NCBI GenBank assembly: GCA_964590005.1
Contig: CAZPVJ010000013.1
Span: forward strand, 17,363 to 81,362
Reading direction: 5' to 3'
Source: an uncultured Alteromonadaceae bacterium
Lineage (GTDB): Bacteria; Pseudomonadota; Gammaproteobacteria; Pseudomonadales; Halieaceae
Length of the DNA: 64,000 nucleotides
Shown: positions 1 to 9,396 of the stretch, piece by piece
Layout of the letters: every line of letters begins with the position of its first letter
How positions within the stretch are numbered: the first letter of the stretch is position 1
Translations under genes and position numbers: made by a program
Notes under the pieces: model-generated
What the model was told of the DNA's origin: nothing
Database searches by the model: none
What the model saw: only the letters and a program-made list of their open reading frames with translations

Positions 1-1108
1 CGGGCAAGGTGCTTTGCAACACCTCAAAAAATGCCTGGAACTCCGGGTGATAATGCGGCTCCTCCACAAGGGCAGCACGTGTCGCTGCAACGCGGGTGGC
101 GCCGGGGCCGGTATTAGCGGTATCGACAAGAGGCAGCACTGCGCGTAAAAACTCTGCACTGTCCGCGCGGACAGGGAGCTCGGGCTGCTGATTCCTGCAC
201 AGTTGACCCCCATCGATATCCACCCGAATAAGAGGTGCATCAACAACCAGGTCGCCAAGAAACAGCATGTCGAAATCGGTTTCTCCAAACTCGGTTCCCA
301 GCGCCAGCACCAGGTCAGACTCCTGGATCAATCCCCTGACTGCGCCGATGCTGGGACTGGCCCCAACCGCCAGGGGATGATCCGGGGGCATCACACCCTT
401 GGCATTGACCGTGTTGATTACCGGCGCATCAAGTCGTTCGGCAATCGCCCTCACTTCAGGTGCAGCACCTGCCGCACCACCGCCGACAATGACAACTGGC
501 CTGGAGGCTTTAGCCAGCAGGCGTGCTGCCTCGTTCACCGCGATTACCGCGGGAGCCGGAGCTGCAATCTGCGGCCATCGCTCGACGACCAGGTGGTCGG
601 CCCGGGCAGTAATAATATCCAGGGGAATTTCGATGTGTACGGGACCTGGGCGCTCACTACTGAATACCGCGAAAGCCCTGGCCAGGACGCGGGGCAACTC
701 ATCGACCCGCATAAGCGTATGGCTGAACCGCGTGCACTGTGTGGCGAGCAAGCGCTGGTCGGGTAGTTCGTGCAAGTGCCCCTCTCCCATACCGAGCTGG
801 TGACGCGCCGCAACCGCCGAGATCACGAGCATGGGAACCGAATCAGCCAGGGCCTGCATCATCGGTGTGAGTGCATTTGTTAAACCGGGACCGCTGATAA
901 GGAAGCAAACGCCGGGCTTACCGCTGACACGCGCGTAACCGTCTGCCATAAATCCAGCGCCCTGCTCGTGACGCGGTGAAACGTGGCGCAGCGTGCTATC
1001 GGCCAGGCCACGGTACAACTCTACCGTGTGGTTTCCGGGAATGCCGAACACGGTATCGACATCATACTGCTCGAGCAGCTGAACCAGCTTTTGACCACAG
1101 GTCACCAT
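1..1108 (-). CDS. Thiamine-pyrophosphate-dependent enzyme (acetolactate synthase large-subunit-like / AruI-like decarboxylase), partial; the C-terminus lies beyond the left edge
   Basis: My own minus-strand translation from the ATG at 1108..1106 gives MVTCGQKLVQLLEQYDVDTVFGIPGNHTVELYRGL...HEQGAGFMADGYARVSGKPGVCFLISGPGLTNAL. This is a typical TPP-enzyme N-terminal pyrimidine-binding domain, and the frame stays open to position 1. It is absent from the ORF track because no stop codon lies in the window. Confidence 0.8.
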   Translation of the reverse strand, partial: MVTCGQKLVQLLEQYDVDTVFGIPGNHTVELYRGLADSTLRHVSPRHEQGAGFMADGYARVSGKPGVCFLISGPGLTNALTPMMQALADSVPMLVISAVAARHQLGMGEGHLHELPDQRLLATQCTRFSHTLMRVDELPRVLARAFAVFSSERPGPVHIEIPLDIITARADHLVVERWPQIAAPAPAVIAVNEAARLLAKASRPVVIVGGGAAGAAPEVRAIAERLDAPVINTVNAKGVMPPDHPLAVGASPSIGAVRGLIQESDLVLALGTEFGETDFDMLFLGDLVVDAPLIRVDIDGGQLCRNQQPELPVRADSAEFLRAVLPLVDTANTGPGATRVAATRAALVEEPHYHPEFQAFFEVLQSTLP

Positions 1109-1129
1109 TGTACTGCCCCTATCCTGATA

Positions 1130-2101
1130 TCAGTACCCGTCTGCCTGTTCCGGGTGAGGTTGCTGTCGCGCGGGCGGCGAGGCCCCCACATGAACGTCGC
1201 CGCGTGCTGACGCCAGTTCAATCTGCTTCTGGCGTTCCGCAAACCGCTTCTTCTGGTCCTCGGTAAGAGAATCGTAACAACGGGGACAGCAAACACCCTT
1301 CTCGTACCTCTCAGATTGTTTATCCTGCTCGGTAATTGGATGCCGGCAGCCGTAGCACTGATCGTATTGTCCTTTTTCGAGACGATGATTCACCGCCACG
1401 CGGTTATCAAATACGAAGCACTCTCCCTCCCAGGTACTCTCTCCTTCCGGGACCTCTTCAAGGTACTTGAGTATGCCGCCCTGCAGGTGATAGACCTCGT
1501 CGAAACCTTCCTTGAGCATAAATGCAGAGGCTTTTTCGCAGCGGATTCCACCCGTGCAGAACATCGCCACCTTCTTGTGCTTTGCCGGATCAAGGTTTTC
1601 CCGCACATACGCCGGAAACTCCCTGAAACTTGTGGTGTGAGGATCAATGGCACCGCGAAATGTACCAATGCCATACTCGTAATCATTTCGGGTATCGATC
1701 AACACAACCTCGGGATCGTTTACCAGCGCATTCCAGTCCCTGGGTTGCACGTAGGTGCCCACGGTTTCGTTGGGGTCGATCGCCTCGACACCCATGGTGA
1801 CGATCTCCTTTTTGAGTTTTACCTTCATGCGATAAAACGGCATGTGGTCGTCGAAGGATTCCTTGTGCTCCAAATCTACCAGGCGTCGGTCAGCACGCAG
1901 GAAATCCAGTACGGCATCTATGCCGGCCCGCTTTCCGGCTATGGTGCCATTGATGCCTTCTCTGGCCAGCAGCAGGGTGCCGCGAACGCCCGCTCGCTGA
2001 CACACGTCGAGCAGGGGTTCGCGTAGGGAGGCAAAATCCTCCAGCGTGACAAACTGGTAAAGCGCTGCGACGACGATACTGGATTCCGGGTTTGCGCTCA
2101 C
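1130..2101 (-). CDS. trhO: Rhodanese-domain tRNA uridine(34) hydroxylase (YceA/TrhO family)
   Basis: 323 aa. The layout is UPF0176-type: AALYQF...[13 protein letters not shown], then a rhodanese active-site loop [12 protein letters not shown], then a C-terminal Cys-rich tail CYGC...CCPRC. It has a GTG start at 2101 that overlaps the bolA stop. Confidence 0.85.
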   Translation of the reverse strand: MSANPESSIVVAALYQFVTLEDFASLREPLLDVCQRAGVRGTLLLAREGINGTIAGKRAGIDAVLDFLRADRRLVDLEHKESFDDHMPFYRMKVKLKKEIVTMGVEAIDPNETVGTYVQPRDWNALVNDPEVVLIDTRNDYEYGIGTFRGAIDPHTTSFREFPAYVRENLDPAKHKKVAMFCTGGIRCEKASAFMLKEGFDEVYHLQGGILKYLEEVPEGESTWEGECFVFDNRVAVNHRLEKGQYDQCYGCRHPITEQDKQSERYEKGVCCPRCYDSLTEDQKKRFAERQKQIELASARGDVHVGASPPARQQPHPEQADGY

Positions 2102-2427
2102 TGGGACTCCTGCTTGCTACCGCCCAGACAATCCGGAGAGTCAGGGGCCTGTTGCTGACGCTCCTGCCATTCGGCAGGGGTATAAGTATGTAACGCCAGC
2201 GCATGCACCGGACCCTGGAGTTGCTCGCTTAAAGCAGCGTAGACGGTCTGGTGGCGAGCTACCTTCCGTTTGCCCTCGAACATCTCGCTGACTGCCACGA
2301 CCTTGAAGTGAGTCTCCGAGTTGGGCGGCACATTATGCTGATTACTTTCATTCACCACATCCAATAACGCGGGTGCGAGAAGCTCTGTTAACTGCTGTTC
2401 AATTTGTTGCTGAACCGACATAGACAC
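2098..2427 (-). CDS. bolA: BolA family protein
   Basis: 109 aa with [40 protein letters not shown]...[14 protein letters not shown], which matches the layout of E. coli BolA as I recall it. Confidence 0.85.
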   Translation of the reverse strand: MSMSVQQQIEQQLTELLAPALLDVVNESNQHNVPPNSETHFKVVAVSEMFEGKRKVARHQTVYAALSEQLQGPVHALALHTYTPAEWQERQQQAPDSPDCLGGSKQESQ

Positions 2428-2491
2428 CTCAGAAAAATCGGGGCGAAATTATACCTGAGCGCGAACCATGACAACACTCATGGCCCGACAC

Positions 2492-3577
2492 TCATCGACC
2501 CCGGTTGTCACCGCGCCGACGACTGGCCCGGAACTGCCCGGGTGTCTGTGACGTCCATTTTTTGAACGACCGGTGAAACGCACTCGGGTCAGTAAAGCCC
2601 ATCTGCAGGGCCACCTCATTGATCGACAGTTCGGGTCGATCAAGGCAGAGTTTGGCCGCCTCACAGCGCGCATCGTCCTTCAGTTGCTGGAAGGTTGTTC
2701 CCTCACGTTTCAGTCGCCTGCGCAATGTGGGCGCCGACATGTTTAGGGCACTGCTGATCGTGTCGAAACTTGGAAACCCCTCGCTGAAATCATGACCGAT
2801 CATCGCTTTCACCTGGGCGGAGAGGTTGTTGCCATTGGGATCATTCTCCATGACCAGCAACTGGTAGGGCGCGGTGCGCAGGAACTCACGCAGGGAATGC
2901 TCAGTGTGAACGACCGGCCACGCCAGGCTGGCGCTGTCAAAGTAAAGCAGATCATTCACCTGGTTGAAGTATAACGGGCAACCAAACAGCTTTTCGTATT
3001 TTTCCAACCGCTCGGGCGCGGCGCCGGAAAAATCAACACGCTTGAGCTCTATAGGACGGCCGCACAACCACCCGAAAAACCGGTGCCACATCGAAAGTCC
3101 ATAAGCATCGGCCGCCGCTACCTGCGGCTGGTCATTGCGGTCGATCGTCCGATAGCCAACCCGTGCGTACTGTTCTGAGAAATTGGCGTAGAGCTGGCTG
3201 CTCTCGTCAAAAAATGTGCGATAAAACTCGGAGGCTCGCCCTATGGCCTGACCGAGGTTATCGCAGGAGATAATGCAATAGCACATCATCCGAAAGGCCC
3301 CCGGCGCCACAAGTTCACTGCCGGTAACGCCAAAAGTCTCATCCTGTAGCAGATGCAGGACATGCTGGTAGACGCGCGAATACTGCATCGCACTGATCTC
3401 GGCGCGATAGCCCGGATCAGCCTGGTGAAGTGGGTTAAAGTCCAGCCCTGCATCGGCAAGAATCCCACTGAAGTCATAGCCGCGGTCACCCACCATACGC
3501 AGCAGGGTGTTAACAAATTGTGTGGGGACGCGATCGCTCATACCGCTGATCTGGGCCGGTTCGAGGACAAGCGACAT
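2492..3577 (-). CDS. AraC family transcriptional regulator with an N-terminal AraC-type ligand-binding-like domain
   Basis: 361 aa. The C-terminal double HTH reads ISSALNMSAPTLRRRLKREGTTFQQL...GFTDPSAFHRSFKKWTSQTPGQFR. Confidence 0.85.
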   Translation of the reverse strand: MSLVLEPAQISGMSDRVPTQFVNTLLRMVGDRGYDFSGILADAGLDFNPLHQADPGYRAEISAMQYSRVYQHVLHLLQDETFGVTGSELVAPGAFRMMCYCIISCDNLGQAIGRASEFYRTFFDESSQLYANFSEQYARVGYRTIDRNDQPQVAAADAYGLSMWHRFFGWLCGRPIELKRVDFSGAAPERLEKYEKLFGCPLYFNQVNDLLYFDSASLAWPVVHTEHSLREFLRTAPYQLLVMENDPNGNNLSAQVKAMIGHDFSEGFPSFDTISSALNMSAPTLRRRLKREGTTFQQLKDDARCEAAKLCLDRPELSINEVALQMGFTDPSAFHRSFKKWTSQTPGQFRASRRRGDNRGR

Positions 3578-3661
3578 AGTTTACCAGATGGATGACCGCA
3601 GGTGAGGTTTGGTCACAGCCGCAGCCGGGCCTATACTGTAGCCTGACGCAGCGATCAGGGG

Positions 3662-4450
3662 GTGATCGTGGAAGTACGCTACAACATTTACTACGCCGGT
3701 ACGGTCCTCGAGGGCCACGAAGTCGCCAGCGTCCGTCAACAACTGGGGCGTTTGTTCAAGGCCGATGACATAACCCTGGATAAGCTATTCAGTGGCCAGC
3801 CCCAGATGATCAAGCGCGACTGCGATAAAGCCACTGCCCTGAAATACCAGGAGGCCATGAAGCAAGCCGGTGCCAAGCCCCTCATCCGCACCGCAGATTC
3901 ACCACCCCCCACTGGGCAGAGCGCTACCCAGGAGACCGGAGACACAGCCACCAGCACCGCAGAGCCAACTGCGGCGGAGCGCATTGCGGCCGTCGCCTCA
4001 GGCTCATCGACGCAACAGATCGAGGCCCCCGAATTCGATCTGGCGCCCGCGGGCAGCGATGTACTCAAACCTGAAGAGCGACCGACGCAGCAAGCCGTGG
4101 AGGTCGACACGTCAATGATCGACCTGGCGCAAGCAGGCGAGCGGCTATCCGAAGAACCGCCGCCCTCGCCGGCGGCGCCAGACACCTCTCACCTGAGCAT
4201 GGGAGAGGTGGGAGAGGACATCCCCACCCTCGATACCGGCGAAGCACCTCCGCCGCCGAGTACCGAGAATATCGATTTATCGCCCGAGGGTAGTGATTTT
4301 TCCGACTGCGCCCCGGAAGCCGCAGAAGCACCTGAACTCGACCTGTCCAATATCGAACTGGCTGACGAGGGTGCCGATATGATGCCCGAGGAGTATCAGA
4401 AGAAAGAGACCCCGGCCGCTCCGGCAACAGATCACCTCAGCCTGGAGTAG
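3662..4450 (+). CDS. Hypothetical protein: small N-terminal globular domain followed by a long acidic Pro/Glu/Asp-rich tail with repeated DL-x-x-x-G-S/E-D motifs
   Basis: 262-aa ORF with a GTG start. The acidic composition is consistent and no competing ORF exists on the same stretch except GC-shadow frames. The 3' end overlaps the convergent kinase gene by 14 nt. Confidence 0.6.
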   Translation: MIVEVRYNIYYAGTVLEGHEVASVRQQLGRLFKADDITLDKLFSGQPQMIKRDCDKATALKYQEAMKQAGAKPLIRTADSPPPTGQSATQETGDTATSTAEPTAAERIAAVASGSSTQQIEAPEFDLAPAGSDVLKPEERPTQQAVEVDTSMIDLAQAGERLSEEPPPSPAAPDTSHLSMGEVGEDIPTLDTGEAPPPPSTENIDLSPEGSDFSDCAPEAAEAPELDLSNIELADEGADMMPEEYQKKETPAAPATDHLSLE

Positions 4451-5822
4451 AGCTGCCCGGCAGGGTCACGCGAACCCGCAACCCCGGGTTATTACTGTCC
4501 AACTCAACGGTACCTCCGTGATGCTGGACGATCGCCTGTACCAGGCTTAAACCAAGGCCGTGACCGGGCTGCTTGCCGCGACTCGATTCCAACCGGTAGA
4601 AGCGCCGAAAGACATTCTTGCGATCCTGCGGCGCGATGCCCGGTCCCGCGTCTCCAACAACAACATTGCAGGCACCCTCGGCCAGCGGTAGCAAGGCCAC
4701 GGTAACGGCGGTGTCCTGTGGTGCATACTTAATCGCGTTGTCGACAATATTGGCCGCCATCTGGAACAACAAATCGCGATCGCCACAGACGGTGTATTGA
4801 GCAGGTATGTCGAGCTGCAAATCGATATGCTTGTCCAGTGCCAGGGGCTCGTACAACTCGGCAACATCCCGTAGCAGCATTGCCAGATCCAGTTCAGCAT
4901 CGGCGGCCGCCAGTGCCCCCGTCTCCAGCGCAGAGATTCGCAGCAATGCATTGAAGGATGCGAGCAGCTCATCACACTCCTCGATAATTCGCTCAACCTC
5001 CAACCGACCTTCATCATCCAGCTTGTGTTGAAGCTGACTCAGGTTGTTCCGCATGCGGGTCAGTGGAGTCCGCAGGTCGTGGGCGATGTTGTCCGATACC
5101 TGCTTCACCCCGTCCATAAGGGATTCCATCTGGGCAAGCATATTGTTCATTCCAACTGCGAGCTGCCTGACGTAACCACGACGACTCGCGGTATCCAGCC
5201 GCTGGGCGGGATTGGAACGGACAATGCGATTCAGGTCCATATTGAGTCGCTCGACCCGGTCCAGTGTGGCGGCCGCGCTGAGGAACCCACCGACAACGCC
5301 CAACAGGACGGTAGCGAGCATAGCCCTGAACAGGGTTTCGAAAACCACCGCCAGCTGCTGCGCGATATCGGCATAACCGTGGGCGACAATCGCCTGCAGC
5401 CCGTCACCCAGATCAGCCGGTCTGGCCAGGAAATCCACATCGACGGTCTCCCCCCAATTGGACAGAGCCAGCTCGAAGCCCAGCCAACCACCGGTGAACT
5501 CCTGGTAGCGCGGCGCCAGCGGCAGGTCGCCGGCGACTTTATTTGAATCAGCATCGGTAACCAGGTAGGAAAATCGCCCCACCGCCGGGGTTGTCAATTG
5601 ATCATCGATGTACTGCTGCAATCCCGGCAGCGACTGTCCGCGATAGACCAGCTCCAGGGTCTCCAGTTCCTCGAGTATGGAGTCCCCCAGGTCACTGAAA
5701 TAGGTGTAACTGAAATACCCGTACAAGGCCCCCAGTAGCACAAACACCGTGAAGCTCAGCGCGGTGACGTACCGCGCAATATAACGGAAGGTGATACTGG
5801 TCAGAACCTGGCGAATTTTCAT
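4437..5822 (-). CDS. Two-component sensor histidine kinase (2 TM segments, HAMP, HisKA, HATPase_c)
   Basis: 461 aa. H-box SDNIAHDLRTPLT, N-box IVDNAIKY, G-boxes DAGPGI and GHGLGLSLV. Confidence 0.9.
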   Translation of the reverse strand: MKIRQVLTSITFRYIARYVTALSFTVFVLLGALYGYFSYTYFSDLGDSILEELETLELVYRGQSLPGLQQYIDDQLTTPAVGRFSYLVTDADSNKVAGDLPLAPRYQEFTGGWLGFELALSNWGETVDVDFLARPADLGDGLQAIVAHGYADIAQQLAVVFETLFRAMLATVLLGVVGGFLSAAATLDRVERLNMDLNRIVRSNPAQRLDTASRRGYVRQLAVGMNNMLAQMESLMDGVKQVSDNIAHDLRTPLTRMRNNLSQLQHKLDDEGRLEVERIIEECDELLASFNALLRISALETGALAAADAELDLAMLLRDVAELYEPLALDKHIDLQLDIPAQYTVCGDRDLLFQMAANIVDNAIKYAPQDTAVTVALLPLAEGACNVVVGDAGPGIAPQDRKNVFRRFYRLESSRGKQPGHGLGLSLVQAIVQHHGGTVELDSNNPGLRVRVTLPGSSTPG

Positions 5823-5840
5823 CGGATAATGGCCTGTGGC

Positions 5841-6533
5841 CTAGCGTGCCGGCTCCAGGTCTCCAAGGCGGTAACCCGCACCTCGAACCGTGGTGAGTAG
5901 CGGTGGCTCGAAACCCCTGTCTATCTTTTGCCTCAGCCGGGAAATGTGCACGTCAATCACGTTGGTTTGTGGATCAAAGTGGTAGCCCCAGACATGCTCC
6001 AGCAACATGGCTCGCGTGACGACCTGCCCCGGGTGTCGCATCAGGTATTCCAGCAGTTTGTACTCCCGTGGCTGCAAGGCCAGGGCCACACCCTGGCGCT
6101 GTACCGCCTGGTTGAGTAGGTCCATGTGCAAGTCGCCGACCTGCAACGTGGTGGGGGCATCGCTGGACGGTAAAGCGGCGCGTCGCCGCAACACCTGCAG
6201 CCTCGCCTCCAGTTCCGCTATCGAGAAAGGCTTTACCAGGTAATCGTCGGCGCCGCTTTGCAATCCCTTGACCCGGTCGTCCACTTCTCCTAACGCACTG
6301 AGCACCAGCGCCGGCGTGAGATTGCCGGTATTGCGCAGCGTCTGGATCAGGGTCAGTCCATCAAGCAGCGGCAGCATGCGATCGACAATCAACACGTCGA
6401 AGGTGCCGCTGCGGGCTTCCTGCAGGCCCTGCTCTCCATCGGTGCGCAGGACACAGTCATGTCCCGCTGCGGTCAGCTCGTCGACAATAAACCGGCCTAC
6501 GCTGGTATCGTCTTCAACCAGTAATACTTTCAT
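5841..6533 (-). CDS. OmpR/PhoB-family response regulator
   Basis: MKVLLVEDD...DVLIVDRMLP receiver domain plus a winged-helix C-terminus ending TVRGAGYRL. I prefer the internal ATG at 6533 over the track start at 6545. Confidence 0.9.
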   Translation of the reverse strand: MKVLLVEDDTSVGRFIVDELTAAGHDCVLRTDGEQGLQEARSGTFDVLIVDRMLPLLDGLTLIQTLRNTGNLTPALVLSALGEVDDRVKGLQSGADDYLVKPFSIAELEARLQVLRRRAALPSSDAPTTLQVGDLHMDLLNQAVQRQGVALALQPREYKLLEYLMRHPGQVVTRAMLLEHVWGYHFDPQTNVIDVHISRLRQKIDRGFEPPLLTTVRGAGYRLGDLEPAR

Positions 6534-6645
6534 GCAGCGGTCCATTCAAAGAGTAAGTCAATGTAGCATGCAGGCCTTGGCGGTCTCAATGAAACGCACC
6601 TGTGCGTTTGGCCCATCGCCTGACGGTAATGCTAGACTCCCCGCC

Positions 6646-7137
6646 ATGACCGAAGAAAGAGAAGACAGCACCGCGCTACCGCCACCCTTCTTGCTGCGCA
6701 GGTTGATGGCCATGCTGTACGACACACTGCTGGTCTTGCCGCTAATCATGCTGAGCGTCGCAGTAGCACTTGGATTGCAGGGTGCGCTTATGAAAACCAT
6801 GGGCGGCAACTCCAGCGACGTGGCCCTGCCACCGCTTTTGGTTCAGTGCCTGGCCCTGCTCACCGTTATGGTCTTCTACAGTATTTTCTGGCTTAAAAGT
6901 GGCCAGACTTTGGGCATGCAAGCCTGGCGGATCAAGCTGGTAAGGGACGACGGCAAAAGGCTCACGCCCTGGAACTGCATTACTCGCTGCCTGGGAGCAC
7001 TCCCCTCAGCGCTTTGCCTGGGGCTGGGTTACGCCTGGTGCCTGGTCGATAGTGAGGGACGCTACTGGCATGACCATCTGTCAGGAACGCGCCTTCAATT
7101 GCTACCCAAGCGAGAAAAAAAGAAGTCAGCGGGCTAA
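6646..7137 (+). CDS. RDD family membrane protein
   Basis: The true start is probably the ATG at 6646 (MTEERED...). The N-terminal part of the track ORF 6268..7137 is antisense to the response regulator gene. Motifs: RRLMAMLYDTLL and GQTLGMQAWRIKLVRDDG. Confidence 0.75.
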   Translation: MTEEREDSTALPPPFLLRRLMAMLYDTLLVLPLIMLSVAVALGLQGALMKTMGGNSSDVALPPLLVQCLALLTVMVFYSIFWLKSGQTLGMQAWRIKLVRDDGKRLTPWNCITRCLGALPSALCLGLGYAWCLVDSEGRYWHDHLSGTRLQLLPKREKKKSAG

Positions 7138-8195
7138 CGGGCCCGTTGCAGCAGGATCATGCCAAACAGCAGGCAGACACCGATCGGAATAAGCGCGGCG
7201 TAAAGCGGCGAGAACCCAAACACCAGGCTAGCCGGTCCCAATAAATCCTGGCTCGTGCGAAATACGATACCGACAATCACGCCGGCGAAAATGCGAAAGC
7301 CCATTGTCCCGTCACGTAACGGTCCAAAGATGAACGAGATGGCCACCAGCACTAATCCCGCTATGGCCAGTGGCTGAAGTAGCTTTCTCCACAGGGCGAG
7401 TTCGAAGTCGTCCGCATCCAGGCCCTGTTGCATCAGGTAGCGGCTGTAGCGGTACAAGTCCGCCAGTGGCAGTTGATCTGGCGCGACTACCTCCATGGTC
7501 AGCAGCTCGGGTGTAATACCTGTCTCCCAGCGCAGGGTTGTGTGGCGCGTGCGGCTGGTTGCCCAACTGGTAAAATCCGTTTTGACCACCTGTTCCATGA
7601 GCCAGTGATCGGACTGAAAAGATGCGCGCTGTGCACGCAGCGCTGATTGCAGCCGATAGCGGCTATCAAACTGCAGCAGGGTAACCCCGTAGACTACTCC
7701 GTTCGTCTCCAGCGCGTTAAAGTGCAAAAAGCTATTGCCTTCGCGGTTCCAGATTCCGTACTTGCCGGCAACACCCTCCCCCGGGTTCTGGGCGATCGCG
7801 CGCCTGCTCTGGGCCAACTGCTCACTGCTGGGCGCCACGTACTCCCCTATCAGGAAACCGGCCACGGCGACCAACAGCGCCGGCTTCATCACAATCCAGA
7901 CCAACCGCCCGGTGGACACTCCCGCACCTCGCATCACTACCAGCTCACTCGAACTGGCCAGCTGCCCCAGCCCAATGAGACAGCCAATCAAGGCAGCAAA
8001 CGGAATAAACTCATAAAAGCGCCCGGGTAGGGTCAGCATTACATACAGCGTCACCTGGCCAAAGGTATAGGTCTCATCAATATTGTCAGCCTCATCGATA
8101 AATGCCGCCATGGCATCGAGACCCACGATGATCGCCAGCACCAGCAGGATGGCCGCGAGCACAGTCTTGCCCACGTAGCGATCAAGCCGGTTCAC
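7134..8195 (-). CDS. lptG: LPS export ABC transporter permease LptG
   Basis: 353 aa in the YjgP/YjgQ permease family. It lies directly downstream of lptF and overlaps it, and pepA sits on the far side of lptF on the opposite strand, as in other gammaproteobacteria. Confidence 0.85.
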   Translation of the reverse strand: MNRLDRYVGKTVLAAILLVLAIIVGLDAMAAFIDEADNIDETYTFGQVTLYVMLTLPGRFYEFIPFAALIGCLIGLGQLASSSELVVMRGAGVSTGRLVWIVMKPALLVAVAGFLIGEYVAPSSEQLAQSRRAIAQNPGEGVAGKYGIWNREGNSFLHFNALETNGVVYGVTLLQFDSRYRLQSALRAQRASFQSDHWLMEQVVKTDFTSWATSRTRHTTLRWETGITPELLTMEVVAPDQLPLADLYRYSRYLMQQGLDADDFELALWRKLLQPLAIAGLVLVAISFIFGPLRDGTMGFRIFAGVIVGIVFRTSQDLLGPASLVFGFSPLYAALIPIGVCLLFGMILLQRAR

Positions 8196-9297
8196 GAGCT
8201 AGCCTCCATTGCCTATAGCGTGTGCGCAGGCGACCGCCGAACAACATAGCCAGCGCCAGCGCCAGGAAGGCGCTGTGCACCGCCCAAAAGCCAACAAACG
8301 GGCCACCAGTGCCCTCCTCAACAGCCGTTCGAGCGTTGGCCAGCAGCATGAGATAAGCGAGATAAATCAGGAAGGCCGGTGCCATTTTCACATAACGGCC
8401 ACGGCGATGATCGGTGCGGCTGAGACACATGGCAATGATCGCTACGATGGGCACCATAAAGGGTAACGAGAGTCGCCACTTCAAGGCCGCGATATCCTCG
8501 GCCCGGTCCGACTGCAATAATGTCAGGGTGGATCTGCCGTCGACCGGGGATGCGGTCCTGATACCGCCTTCAGGTTCCGGGATCAGTTCGCCGAAACGGT
8601 CGAAGCTGACCACCTCGTAGTCCAGTCGGCCCGGCATTCCGGTATAGCGAAAGCCATCGCGCAATTCCATGTAGCGAGCGCCGGTGTCAGGATCGATCCG
8701 CATCTCACCCTCCTGCGCCACCGTGATCACCATGCGCGGGTTGCGATCACCGTCGCGCGCGCGCTGGGTCAGGAACACCGAGGTCATCACACCGGTTTCT
8801 GCGGAGATACTCTCCGCATAACTGACGATATCGCTGCCTCGCCTGGTCTGGAATCGGCCCGCCACCAGCGATTGCAGCCCCTGTGAAGAGCTTGGGTCAT
8901 CCAGCAAGGCCTCCGAGCGCTGGGCGCCCAACGGGGTGATAAGCAGGCTGAGCGAGCCGACGATTACCATCACCACCGTAGCGGGCACCAGGGTGTACAG
9001 GGCGAGGCGGCTCGGGCTGACACCACAGGCCGATAGAATCACCATCTCGCTTTCGACATACAGTCGGCCGTAGGACATCAAAATCCCGATAAAAAGGCCC
9101 AATGGGATAATCAGTTCGAGAAAGCCGGGCATTCTGTAAAGCATCACAGGCAACAGGATGTCAGCGGCGATATCGCCTACTGCAGCTTCGGCAAGATACT
9201 TTACGAAGCGACCGCTGATGATAATTACCAGGAGCACAAAGCTGACCGCCACCATGTGCGTCAAAATTTCGCGATTGAGATAGCGAAGGATCTTCAT
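8182..9297 (-). CDS. lptF: LPS export ABC transporter permease LptF
   Basis: MKILRYLNREIL... is a typical LptF N-terminus, so I prefer the internal ATG at 9297 over the track start at 9330. Divergent from pepA. Confidence 0.85.
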   Translation of the reverse strand: MKILRYLNREILTHMVAVSFVLLVIIISGRFVKYLAEAAVGDIAADILLPVMLYRMPGFLELIIPLGLFIGILMSYGRLYVESEMVILSACGVSPSRLALYTLVPATVVMVIVGSLSLLITPLGAQRSEALLDDPSSSQGLQSLVAGRFQTRRGSDIVSYAESISAETGVMTSVFLTQRARDGDRNPRMVITVAQEGEMRIDPDTGARYMELRDGFRYTGMPGRLDYEVVSFDRFGELIPEPEGGIRTASPVDGRSTLTLLQSDRAEDIAALKWRLSLPFMVPIVAIIAMCLSRTDHRRGRYVKMAPAFLIYLAYLMLLANARTAVEEGTGGPFVGFWAVHSAFLALALAMLFGGRLRTRYRQWRLAREPA

Positions 9298-9396
9298 ACG
9301 GAAGCCGGCATAGCGCGTGTTTTTAGTCACTTCGTGGTTTAGTTCGGACGCCCGACATCATACACTAGCGTGCTGGAAGACAGCGAAGGAAATCCC

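Noticed and set aside
203-813. Track ORFs 203..766(+), 399..803(+) and 544..813(-), which look like genes at the left edge
   Set aside because: All lie inside, and out of frame with or antisense to, a long open minus-strand frame. That frame encodes a convincing TPP-enzyme N-terminus starting at 1108. Their translations are Arg/Ala/Pro/Ser-rich, the usual pattern of shadow frames in GC-rich DNA.
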